From: a virus
Taxonomy: Duplodnaviria; Caudoviricetes
Length of the DNA stretch: 37,115 nucleotides
Strand: one strand, 5' to 3'
IMG/VR virus record: IMGVR_UViG_3300048855_000223
Span: 1-37,115 of that record
The notes beneath the pieces were generated by a model. It was not told the DNA's origin. It was given only the letters and a program-made list of their open reading frames with translations, and made no database searches. The position numbers and the translations under genes are program-made. Of the stretch, positions 27,011 to 35,807 are shown one piece after another. Within the stretch, counting starts at the first letter, position 1; each line of letters begins with the position of its first letter.

Positions 27011-27161
27011 AGGGAACTGGGACAGCTAAAACAATCGCTTAGAGAACGTTTGCGGCCACAAAAGTACCCCCGGGTACCACAGCGAGACAGCGATAAGCGC
27101 TGCCCTCTTCCCCTTCAGCAGTAGCCTCTGATAAGAACGAAAGAAGAACAGTAGGTGGAGG

Positions 27162-28124
27162 TTGGCACATGATGTGCCATTCATATGGTCACCGGGAACG
27201 CCGGTGGGGATGCTGGTGAAGCAACACCGGATCAAGGCCCCGCCGACGCTGCACATCGACGAGGCCGACCCTTTTGCCTGGATCCGCTTCCTTGCCGGCT
27301 TGGTATGGGGCAACGATCCGCGGCGGATGAACCGTGCGCTGGCTACCTACACCTCAGAGCTGATGGGCATCCTTCGCGAGGTCGCCCGTCAACCAGCTCC
27401 GCCTGTAACCCTGGAAGGGCTTGGCCGGCGGCTGGCTATTCCGCCAGCGGAGCTTGCCCGCATGCCTGGTAGCGCCGCCTTCTACACATCGTTCTTCGCC
27501 CAGCCTGATACCACTTACCGGCTGCTGGACGAGACCGTGTTCGACCCTATCGGCCACTTCCGCACAGTGGCGGAGGCGCCGAGCAGTGAGCAGCTGCTCA
27601 TCGACTTTACCAAGGCCGTTCAGGGTGGCGCTTTCTATGCGGGCATCATGCTGGCACTCGTCACCATGCTGAAGCTCCGCCACCCTGAAATACCGGCCTC
27701 GCTGAACCGCGCCATTGCCATCTTGGAGAGTTTGAAGGCCCGCGGACTTATGTCTCTCCCAAGCGACCGGACGCTTTTGACGGCATGGAAGAACTGGCGA
27801 CATATGGCGCCGCTTTGGGCTGCCCTGACAGGAAGTGTTCAGGCGGCGCAGTCTGACGGACTTTGCGGCTTTTCGGCGGGGCTCGAGACCTTGCAAGACC
27901 CAGCGCGGCTCGGGCGTGTGCTTGGCCACGCCAAATGGTTCCGTTCCTTTGCCACCACCTTTGTCCCCGACCACGCCACTGCTCCCCTCATCCCAGAAGC
28001 CGAAGCCCTGCAGATTATCACTGGCGCTCCCGAAATGGAGCCGCCACTTAGCGGACTTGCGAGGATCGATCTGGAGGTGGCGCAAAGCTACCAGGCGCCG
28101 ACGCGGAAGTTCTTTCCTGTGTGA
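27162..28124 (+). CDS. Hypothetical protein
   Basis: 320-aa ORF with GGAGG RBS and globular composition; no motif recognised. Confidence 0.7.
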   Translation: MAHDVPFIWSPGTPVGMLVKQHRIKAPPTLHIDEADPFAWIRFLAGLVWGNDPRRMNRALATYTSELMGILREVARQPAPPVTLEGLGRRLAIPPAELARMPGSAAFYTSFFAQPDTTYRLLDETVFDPIGHFRTVAEAPSSEQLLIDFTKAVQGGAFYAGIMLALVTMLKLRHPEIPASLNRAIAILESLKARGLMSLPSDRTLLTAWKNWRHMAPLWAALTGSVQAAQSDGLCGFSAGLETLQDPARLGRVLGHAKWFRSFATTFVPDHATAPLIPEAEALQIITGAPEMEPPLSGLARIDLEVAQSYQAPTRKFFPV

Positions 28125-28218
28125 CTCCTAACCACTGAAACACCCGCTTCACTAGTGCAGCCCCTGTTTCACCAGTACTCGCGCCAAGCACGTTGATCGC
28201 ATTCAGAGGAGTGCGGAC

Positions 28219-28491
28219 GTGCATCATTCAACAGACCAGATAGCAGACAGCATCACCGCCACAAGCGAACAGCCTCGCCGTGGTGGCGCGCATACCATCG
28301 ATGGTGCCTGCGAGCTGCTCGGCCACATTGGCCGCAGCACGATCTATGGATTGATCGCTGCGGGGCAGCTTGAGGCCGTGAAGCTCGGCAGCCGTACACT
28401 GATCACAGACGAGTCCATTGCAGATCTTCTGGCGAAGCTGCCCCGGCTGAAGGGCAGGGTAGCAGTGCTGCCGAAAGGCGGTGACCAATGA
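28219..28491 (+). CDS. Excisionase-like HTH protein
   Basis: TIDGACELLGHIGRSTIYGLIAAGQLEAVKLGSRTLI. Confidence 0.85.
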   Translation: MHHSTDQIADSITATSEQPRRGGAHTIDGACELLGHIGRSTIYGLIAAGQLEAVKLGSRTLITDESIADLLAKLPRLKGRVAVLPKGGDQ

Positions 28492-28745
28492 GTAGTTCTC
28501 CGTCTGCAGACCGTCAGCACCTTACCCAGAATGATCTGGCCCGCCGTTGGCGCATCAGCCCACGTACGCTCGAGCGCTGGCGCTGGCTTGGTCAGGGCCC
28601 TGCGTACCTCAAACTTGGCGGAACAGTGGTATACCGCATGGAGGATGTTCTCGAGTACGAGGCGGCACAACGCCGCAGCACTCAGGCCCAGGCTGAACAG
28701 GCCTTTAGCAAGGCCCAGCAGTTTGTGCGTGGAGTTCCCCGCTAA
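28488..28745 (+). CDS. AlpA/HTH DNA-binding protein
   Basis: LTQNDLARRWRISPRTLERWRWLGQGPAYLKLGGTVVYR. Confidence 0.88.
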   Translation: MSSSPSADRQHLTQNDLARRWRISPRTLERWRWLGQGPAYLKLGGTVVYRMEDVLEYEAAQRRSTQAQAEQAFSKAQQFVRGVPR

Positions 28746-31255
28746 TGGAAGGAGCTCCCACAGTTCCCGGGCACCGCAAGGCGGGGAGCCTGGCGGACCA
28801 GCCCTTCGCAGTCACCTTCTTTGACAATTTTGCCGCGGCCACAAAGCATGAGGAACCCTACACCCTAAGCTCCTTGGCCGATCGGATCCGCACCGTCACC
28901 GCCTGGAAGAAGGACCGGCTTCCTTGGCTCAAGATGGCTCGCTTTGGCCTAATGCGCACAGAAAATAACAGCCTGCGTCACGACGATAACGTGCTCTCCA
29001 TCAGCGGTGTCGAGGCAGACTATGATGGGAATGTCATACCGTTGGACGACGCTATCGACATTATCGGCAAAGCCGGGCTGCTGGCACTGGTCTACACATC
29101 TCCCTCTCACACGCCTACAGAGCCCCGCTGGCGGGTGCTGTGCCCACTGTCAGAGGAACTGTCACCGGAGCGGCGTAGCCCCCTCCTTGGGCGGCTAAAC
29201 GGCCTTTTTGGGGGCATCTTCAGCGGAGAGAGCTGGACGCTGTCGCAGAGCTACTTCTACGGCAGCGTCAACAACAATCCGGCGCATCGGGTGGAAGTCA
29301 TCGATGGTCTGCCGCTCGACCAGCTGGACGAACTGGATCAGATCTGGCGTGGGAAGCCAAACACCCTGCCGGTCGACCAGTCTGGCAAAATCCGCCGGTC
29401 TGGCCCAGTCGATGAAGCCGCGCTCCTCGCCGACATCACCAGCGGTACCTCTTACCACGAGGCCAGTGTCCGCCTTCTGGGTCGCTGGGCGCGGGATGGC
29501 ATGCCTTACATGGAGGCGCGGCAGCGGCTGATCGATGCGATGGAGGCGGTCTTCCCGGCCGATCGGAATGAACGGTGGACGCTCCGCCGCGCTGACCTGG
29601 ACCGCTGTTTGGAGGACATCTACGGCAAGGAGGCCAAAGCCAAGGACCGGGGCGAGCGCCGGGCCACCCCTGCCAGCTCTGGACGCCCCTCCCCTCCCTT
29701 CGACACAGAAGTTTGGCCGGAGCCGGTGGACTTCCTTGCCGACGGTGACCTGACAGGAGCACCCGAACTCCGGCCAGAGCACCTGCCGGAGGCGCTCTAC
29801 GGTTTCGTGGTCGACACGGCAGGGCGCATGGGCGTGGATCCGTGCAGTGTCGCGCTGGCCGCCGTGGTCGCCTGCGCCAGCATCATCAGCGACAAGTGGC
29901 AAATCCAGCCGAAGGAGCTTGATTACACCTGGACCGAGAATCCTCGCCTGTGGGGGGCCATTGTTGGCGATCCCTCCATCCTCAAGACGCCGGTCATTGC
30001 CGCCTGCACCAAGCCGTTGGACCGGCTGGATGCCGAGGCGCGACGCCGCCACGGTGATTCTATGCGGCGGTACCTGCAGGATCTGGCCGCTTGGAAAGCA
30101 GCCGGCAGCGACCCCTCCGCCATGCCGCGCATGCCACGCCTCGACCGCTACCTGGTCCTGTCAGAGGCGCTCCGAGACGACTTTGATGCCAAGCAGCGCG
30201 CACCAGCCGGCAAAATCCTGGTGCGCCAGGATGAGATGAGCGAGTGGGTGGCCAGCTTTGACCGCTATCGTAGCGGCGGCCGGGGCGGCGCGGATCGTGG
30301 TGCCTACCTGCGGCTCTACAATGGCGGGCGCTATACAATCGACCGCATCGGTCGGGGTAGCTTTGCGGTGCCGAATTGGTCCGCCTGCGTGCTGGGTGGC
30401 ATCCAGCCTGAGCCGATTCAGCGGATTGCTGGCGAGGCGGCGGATGACGGCCTGCTGCAGCGCTTTCTCTACTGCGTGCCAGGCCAGCAATCCGAGGGTG
30501 AGGACCGTGCCCCTGTCCAGGCGGCGCTGGAGCGATACAAGGCCCTGTTTCCGATGCTGGCCATCCTCGACGCACCGGCAGGAGCGTTCGGGGGGGAGGC
30601 CGCCGAGGAGAAGTCCAGCCGGCCCGTGGTCCTGCACGCCAAGGCACATGATCACCGCAAGGCGCTCGACGCGGTCGCCACCGCCATTGCTGGAATGCCA
30701 GACGCCTCGTCTCGGCTGAAGGCAGCGCTGGGAAAGTGGCGCGGGTTGTTCGGCCGGCTCGCACTGACCTTCCACGTGATCGAGATTGCCGACGCACGGG
30801 CCCGGAAAGCTCAACCACCCGTTCAAGCCGTTCTGGCCGAGGCGACCGCACTGCAAGCGGCCAGGTACATGAAAGAGGTGCTGCTGCCGCATTTGCTGCG
30901 GGCCGAGGCGCTGATGTTTTCGACGTCGCAGACCGGGCATGCGCGCTGGATTGCGGGCTTTATCTTATCCAAGGGTCAGTCGCGAATCACGCAACGTGAC
31001 GTGGTGCAGGCTTACGGCTCGCTGCGGGCACCGGAGAGCCGTCGAGAGCTGCTGGACGTCATGGAGAGCCTCGTCTCCGTCGGCTGGCTCAGGCCGGAGC
31101 CACAGAGCAATCCGGCACGTCCTCCCTCTGGCTGGGAGGTGAACCCAGCGGTACACACCACCTTTGCCGAGCGTGCGACCCGCGAGCGCGAGAGAAGGTG
31201 CAGGACGAGGGCAGAAATCGCCGCGACCGTGGCGCGGATGAAGGGAGTCAGCTGA
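28745..31255 (+). CDS. Primase-like / DUF3987 replication protein
   Basis: N-terminal EADYD, YTSPSH..PRWRV; C-terminal GDPSILKTP, DEMS, GGIQP, DDGLLQRF. Confidence 0.85.
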   Translation: MEGAPTVPGHRKAGSLADQPFAVTFFDNFAAATKHEEPYTLSSLADRIRTVTAWKKDRLPWLKMARFGLMRTENNSLRHDDNVLSISGVEADYDGNVIPLDDAIDIIGKAGLLALVYTSPSHTPTEPRWRVLCPLSEELSPERRSPLLGRLNGLFGGIFSGESWTLSQSYFYGSVNNNPAHRVEVIDGLPLDQLDELDQIWRGKPNTLPVDQSGKIRRSGPVDEAALLADITSGTSYHEASVRLLGRWARDGMPYMEARQRLIDAMEAVFPADRNERWTLRRADLDRCLEDIYGKEAKAKDRGERRATPASSGRPSPPFDTEVWPEPVDFLADGDLTGAPELRPEHLPEALYGFVVDTAGRMGVDPCSVALAAVVACASIISDKWQIQPKELDYTWTENPRLWGAIVGDPSILKTPVIAACTKPLDRLDAEARRRHGDSMRRYLQDLAAWKAAGSDPSAMPRMPRLDRYLVLSEALRDDFDAKQRAPAGKILVRQDEMSEWVASFDRYRSGGRGGADRGAYLRLYNGGRYTIDRIGRGSFAVPNWSACVLGGIQPEPIQRIAGEAADDGLLQRFLYCVPGQQSEGEDRAPVQAALERYKALFPMLAILDAPAGAFGGEAAEEKSSRPVVLHAKAHDHRKALDAVATAIAGMPDASSRLKAALGKWRGLFGRLALTFHVIEIADARARKAQPPVQAVLAEATALQAARYMKEVLLPHLLRAEALMFSTSQTGHARWIAGFILSKGQSRITQRDVVQAYGSLRAPESRRELLDVMESLVSVGWLRPEPQSNPARPPSGWEVNPAVHTTFAERATRERERRCRTRAEIAATVARMKGVS

Positions 31256-31257
31256 CG

Positions 31258-31512
31258 ATGTTGCAAATGTTGCTAGCCAGATCCGTAGCATTCCGCCGCA
31301 GCAGGCGCCTCAGGACGTGCGGGGTAGCTGCGCGCCACCGGCAAAGCCGCGGAAAACCGCCATTTCCACGCGACACACTCGGCGCCGCTGACCTTCCACG
31401 CCGAAATGTTGCAAATGTTGCTTACGCGCGTGGGACATTGCGGCGTCCTACCTCCTCTCCTTCTACTCCTTCCTCATCCTGTCTCCGCGCGCGCAAGCAA
31501 CATTTGCAACAT
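31258..31512. repeat. 17-bp iterons, putative origin
   Basis: ATGTTGCAAATGTTGCT at 31258 and 31406, exact reverse complement at 31496. Confidence 0.8.
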
Positions 31513-31805
31513 CGCGGCGCCTGGAGCTCGTGTCGTGATCTTGGCGCCGTGGTTGCGCCGTAGCCTCGTGCAGACCGACTGCAGTCAGCAGGACCGCGCC
31601 CTCGCCACTCCGCCCGCGCTCCCTCGCGTTTGCAGTCCAAGGCTTTGCTGTCCGTATGCGTACGGCAACGTCTATTTGCATGCAGGCACACGCGGGCGCT
31701 GCCCCTAGTCTATTAATATTGTTGAATTATTCCGTGATTTAAGTTGACGCGGACTCGTTGATCGTCGAGAATCTCCGTATGGCCCCGATGGATCTCAGAC
31801 CTCCC

Positions 31806-31880
31806 GGGGGCGGGTCGAAAGTTGGCAGCCGGTCGGGTGTAGACCGCACCCCCCGCACAGTTTTCACGATTGCAAGTTAG
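31806..31880 (+). other. Putative HK97-type cos region
   Basis: GGGGGCGGGTCGAAAG...GACCGCACCCCCC...TTTTCACG upstream of MTase-terS-terL. Confidence 0.5.
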
Positions 31881-31909
31881 ACCGATTTTTGTGAGCGGGG
31901 AGTCCATCC

Positions 31910-33178
31910 ATGCAGAGCATCGACTGGCCAGCCGATCAGGTGGAACGCTGGCCGCTGTCGCGCCTGACCCCACATGCTCGCAACACCCGCACCCATTCTG
32001 ACGTCCAGATCGCGCAGATCGCTGCCTCCATCCGCGAATGGGGCTGGACGGTGCCGGTGCTGGTCGATGAGAACGGCACCATCATCGCCGGCCATGGCCG
32101 TGTGCTGGCCGCGCAACGCCTGTCTCTCGTCGATGTACCGGTGATGATCGCCCGTGGCTGGTCTGAGGCCAAGCGCCGCGCCTATGTCTTGGCCGACAAT
32201 AAGCTGACCCTGAACGGCGGCTGGGATGAGGCCATGCTGCGCGCCGAGCTGGCGGATTTGGCCGGCCTGGGCGTTGATCTGTCGCTCACGGGTTTCAGCG
32301 AAACCGAGGTGCAGGCGCTGACCGCTGAGCCCTCCCCCGGGCAGGCCGACCCAGACGAGGTTCCAGAGGCGCCGGCGGCGCCGGTGAGCCGTCTGGGGGA
32401 TGTTTGGCTGCTGGGCCGCCACCGCCTGGTCTGCGGCGACTGCACGGTTGAGACAGATGTCGCGGCGGCGCTGAACCGGGTGCGCCCCCATCTGATGGTC
32501 ACGGATCCGCCCTATGGCGTCGCCTACGATCCCAGCTGGCGTAACGAGGCGCTGGAGGGCAGCAAATCAGCCCGGACCGGCAAGGTGCTGAATGACGATC
32601 GAGCCGACTGGACGACCGCCTGGGCGCTGTTCCCGGGCGATGTGGCCTATGTCTGGCATGGCGCCCTGCACGCCGGCACGGTGGCCGAAAGCCTGACCGA
32701 CTGCGGCTTTCAGATCCGCGCACAGGTGATCTGGGCCAAGGAGCGCCTCGTGCTCGGCCGCGGCCACTACCACTGGCAGCACGAACCCTGCTGGTATGCC
32801 GTGCGCAACGGCGCCAGCGGGCACTGGGGCGGCGACCGCAAGCAAACCACCCTTTGGTCCATCCCCTCGCGTGATCAGGATGCCAACACCACTCACGGCA
32901 CCCAGAAGCCGGTGGAATGCATGCGCCGGCCGATCGAGAACAATTCTTCTCCCGGCCAGGCGGTCTACGAGCCATTCAGTGGCTCGGGCACCACCCTGAT
33001 TGCCGCCGAGATGACCGGCCGCGCCTGCCACGCCGTGGAGCTCTCGCCGGCCTATGTCGATGTGGCGCTGCTGCGCTGGCAGGCTTTTACCGGCCAGGAG
33101 GCGGTGCTGGAGGGCGATGGGCAGAGCTATGCCGCTGTCGCCGCTGCTCGCGGCGCCATAGCCCTAACGGTCGCCTAA
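31910..33178 (+). CDS. ParB-N domain / N4-N6 DNA methyltransferase (phage type)
   Basis: IAGHGR, ADNKL; TDPPYG, HGTQKP, YEPFSGSGTT. Confidence 0.92.
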   Translation: MQSIDWPADQVERWPLSRLTPHARNTRTHSDVQIAQIAASIREWGWTVPVLVDENGTIIAGHGRVLAAQRLSLVDVPVMIARGWSEAKRRAYVLADNKLTLNGGWDEAMLRAELADLAGLGVDLSLTGFSETEVQALTAEPSPGQADPDEVPEAPAAPVSRLGDVWLLGRHRLVCGDCTVETDVAAALNRVRPHLMVTDPPYGVAYDPSWRNEALEGSKSARTGKVLNDDRADWTTAWALFPGDVAYVWHGALHAGTVAESLTDCGFQIRAQVIWAKERLVLGRGHYHWQHEPCWYAVRNGASGHWGGDRKQTTLWSIPSRDQDANTTHGTQKPVECMRRPIENNSSPGQAVYEPFSGSGTTLIAAEMTGRACHAVELSPAYVDVALLRWQAFTGQEAVLEGDGQSYAAVAAARGAIALTVA

Positions 33179-33699
33179 TGCCCCGCCCTGGGCCTAAGCC
33201 GACGCCGACCAGCCTGCACCGCCTGCGCGGCTCCTATAACTCCACACGCCATGGCCGGGATCGCGCCGGCGAGCCGGAGGTGGTGGGGTCACTGGAGGCT
33301 GAGGCGCCGGCCTGGATGAGCCCGGGCCAGCGGGAGAGCTGGGCCTATGTTATGGCCCATGCGCCGGCCGGCCTGCTCAAGCCGATCGACCGCGGCATGC
33401 TGGCCGTCTGGGTGGAGGCGGAGGACCGGCACCGGGTGGCCATGACCCAGCAGGCTAAGCTGGATGCCAGCTCCTCCTTGCCGTTGATGACCAAGGGACG
33501 CGATGGGCAGCCCACCCCCTCCCCCTATCTGCGCATTATCCGGGCCGCCGGGGAGATGATGCTGCGGGCGGCCGGCGAGCTCGGCTTTTCACCCGCGGCC
33601 CGACCGAGGCTGGCCGGGGGCGCCAAGGCTGATGAGGAGGTGGAGGCGCAGACCCCCTGGGCCCGTCTGAAGCTGATCCATGGCGACAAAGCGGGCTAA
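33178..33699 (+). CDS. Terminase small subunit, P27 family
   Basis: MPRPGPKPTPTSLHRLRG...ELGFSPAARPRL; ATG at 33178 overlapping TAA. Confidence 0.88.
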   Translation: MPRPGPKPTPTSLHRLRGSYNSTRHGRDRAGEPEVVGSLEAEAPAWMSPGQRESWAYVMAHAPAGLLKPIDRGMLAVWVEAEDRHRVAMTQQAKLDASSSLPLMTKGRDGQPTPSPYLRIIRAAGEMMLRAAGELGFSPAARPRLAGGAKADEEVEAQTPWARLKLIHGDKAG

Positions 33700-35389
33700 G
33701 GCGCCCTCGGGCGTTGATCTCGCCACTGCCTATGCCGAGGACGTCGTCGCCGGCCGGGTGGCGGCCTGCCGGCACGTGCAGCTAGCCTGCCAGCGCTATC
33801 TCGAGGATCGAGCTGCGGCAGAGGGTGGTCACAGCCCCTGGGAGTTCCGGGCCGACCTGGCCGAGGCCGCCATGCTCTTTGCCGAGCAACTGCCCAACAT
33901 CAAGGGACCCGAAGCCGGTCAGCCGCTGCGCCTGATAGCCTGGCAGCGCCTGGTCTTTGCCAACCTGTTCGGCTTTGTCGAGCGCGGCACCACCACCCGC
34001 CGGTTCCGCCAGGGCGTGGTCTTTGTGCCCCGCGGCAACGGCAAGACCACCTTTGCCGCGCCCATCGCGCTCTACCTGACCTTCATCGAGGGCGAAGGCG
34101 GGGCTGAGGGCTATGCCGCGGCCGTGACCCGGGATCAGGCACGGATCCTGTTTGATGCCGCCCAGCAGATGGTGCGCCGCAGCCCAGGGTTCCGGCAGGC
34201 CTTTGGTGTCGCCGAGCGGGCCAATGCGGTCTACCAGGAGCACACCGCCAGCCGCTTTGCGCCAGTCTCCTCCGACGCCAAGTCGCTCGATGGGTTGAAC
34301 GTCACCGTTGCCGTTTGTGACGAATTGGCCAGCCACCGGACCTCCGAGGTCTATGACGTGCTGCTCACCGCCATGGGGAAGCGGCGGCATCCCCTACTTC
34401 TGAGCATCAGCACCGCCACCGGCAACTACGCCGGCATTGGCCGCCAGCTCTGGGACTACTCGCTCCGTGTGCTGCAGGGGCTGCAGCAGGACGAGCGGCT
34501 GTTCGCGCTGATCTATACGATCGACGAGGAGGATGACCCTTGGGCCGAAGCCTCCTGGATCAAGGCCAATCCCTCCTGGGGTCAGGCCGTGCAGCCAGAC
34601 GCCGTCCGCGCCATCATGCGTCAGGCCAGGAACAATCCGGCCCAGGAGGCGGCCGCCCAGACCCGGCATCTGAATGTCTGGGTCGGCGCGGACGAGGCCT
34701 TGTTCAGCAGCCGCGCCTGGCAGAGCTGCGGCGACCCGGGACGCAGCCTGGAGCAGTTTCTAGGACAGCCCTGCCATGTGGCCGTGGACCTCGCGGCGAC
34801 CGTGGACCTGACGGCGCTGGCCATCGTATTTCCCTCCGAGGGACCGGACGGACGGCCGCATTATCACGTCTTTGCCCGCTGCTACCAGAACGAGGCTGCC
34901 GTCGTGGAGGCTCGCAACGCCAGCTATCCTGGCTGGGCGGCCGAGGGCTGGCTGGCGGTCACCGCAGGCAACGAGACGGATATGCGCAGCATCGAGGAGG
35001 ATATCCGTGGCCTGGCCGAGCGGCACCGGATCCTCAGCTTGGCCTTTGACCCCTGGCAAGCGCGGCAGATGCGGCAGTCGCTCGCGGCTGACGGGCTGCC
35101 CGTCGTTGAGTTCCATATGCGCACGGGCAACCTGTCCGAACCTACCAAGGAGCTGGACGGGGCCATGCGGGCTGGGAGGATCCGCCACGACGGTAATCCA
35201 GTACTCGCATGGTGCCTGGGCAATGTGGTCGGGCATTACGACGCCCGCGGCAACGTCTACCCTCGCAAGGCCCGGCCCGAGCAGAAGATCGATGCTGCGG
35301 TGGCGCTGATCATGGCGCTGGGCAGCGCCATAGCGGCAGAGCCGGAGACGAACATAGGCGAGTTCTTGAGAAATCCAGTATTTGGGTAG
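33680..35389 (+). CDS. terL: Terminase large subunit
   Basis: PRGNGKT (Walker A), CDELA, ISTA, KANPS, VDLA...DLTA, KIDAAVALIMA. Confidence 0.95.
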   Translation: MATKRAKAPSGVDLATAYAEDVVAGRVAACRHVQLACQRYLEDRAAAEGGHSPWEFRADLAEAAMLFAEQLPNIKGPEAGQPLRLIAWQRLVFANLFGFVERGTTTRRFRQGVVFVPRGNGKTTFAAPIALYLTFIEGEGGAEGYAAAVTRDQARILFDAAQQMVRRSPGFRQAFGVAERANAVYQEHTASRFAPVSSDAKSLDGLNVTVAVCDELASHRTSEVYDVLLTAMGKRRHPLLLSISTATGNYAGIGRQLWDYSLRVLQGLQQDERLFALIYTIDEEDDPWAEASWIKANPSWGQAVQPDAVRAIMRQARNNPAQEAAAQTRHLNVWVGADEALFSSRAWQSCGDPGRSLEQFLGQPCHVAVDLAATVDLTALAIVFPSEGPDGRPHYHVFARCYQNEAAVVEARNASYPGWAAEGWLAVTAGNETDMRSIEEDIRGLAERHRILSLAFDPWQARQMRQSLAADGLPVVEFHMRTGNLSEPTKELDGAMRAGRIRHDGNPVLAWCLGNVVGHYDARGNVYPRKARPEQKIDAAVALIMALGSAIAAEPETNIGEFLRNPVFG

Positions 35390-35807
35390 GGGTGAGCACT
35401 TAGCTCAGTTTCGAGCATCAGGCGGCGTGCCAAAGGTACCAGGCACTGCTCGCGCCGGTCGGCCCCTCCAAAATCTGGGCTGCACCACCAATCCGGCACC
35501 GGTAGTGAGCAGGCCGGAGGGGTACGCCGTGATCAGTGCGATCACCAAACCGACCACTGCCACAAGCTGATAAAGTAGAGGCGGGTGCGCCTATCCACTG
35601 CCAGGACGGCGACATTTAAAAGTACCTCAACTTGACGCTAACTCCGCTGGAAAAATAGAGCTACGACGCTCAAAATGATTGCGGCAATGCAGAACGACAA
35701 GCGAAGCATCGCGGCGTCTGTTCGTGCCGCAGCAGCCTAGCCGGTTACCCTGCTCTGCCGCCTCTCTGTCGCTTCAGATGACCAAAGTTGGACTTAGGAA
35801 GATCACG

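Noticed and set aside
1533-35389. Elements 1 and 2 complementing each other as one phage
   Set aside because: Terminase and cos types differ (Nu1/lambda versus P27/HK97) and neither supplies a portal or tail
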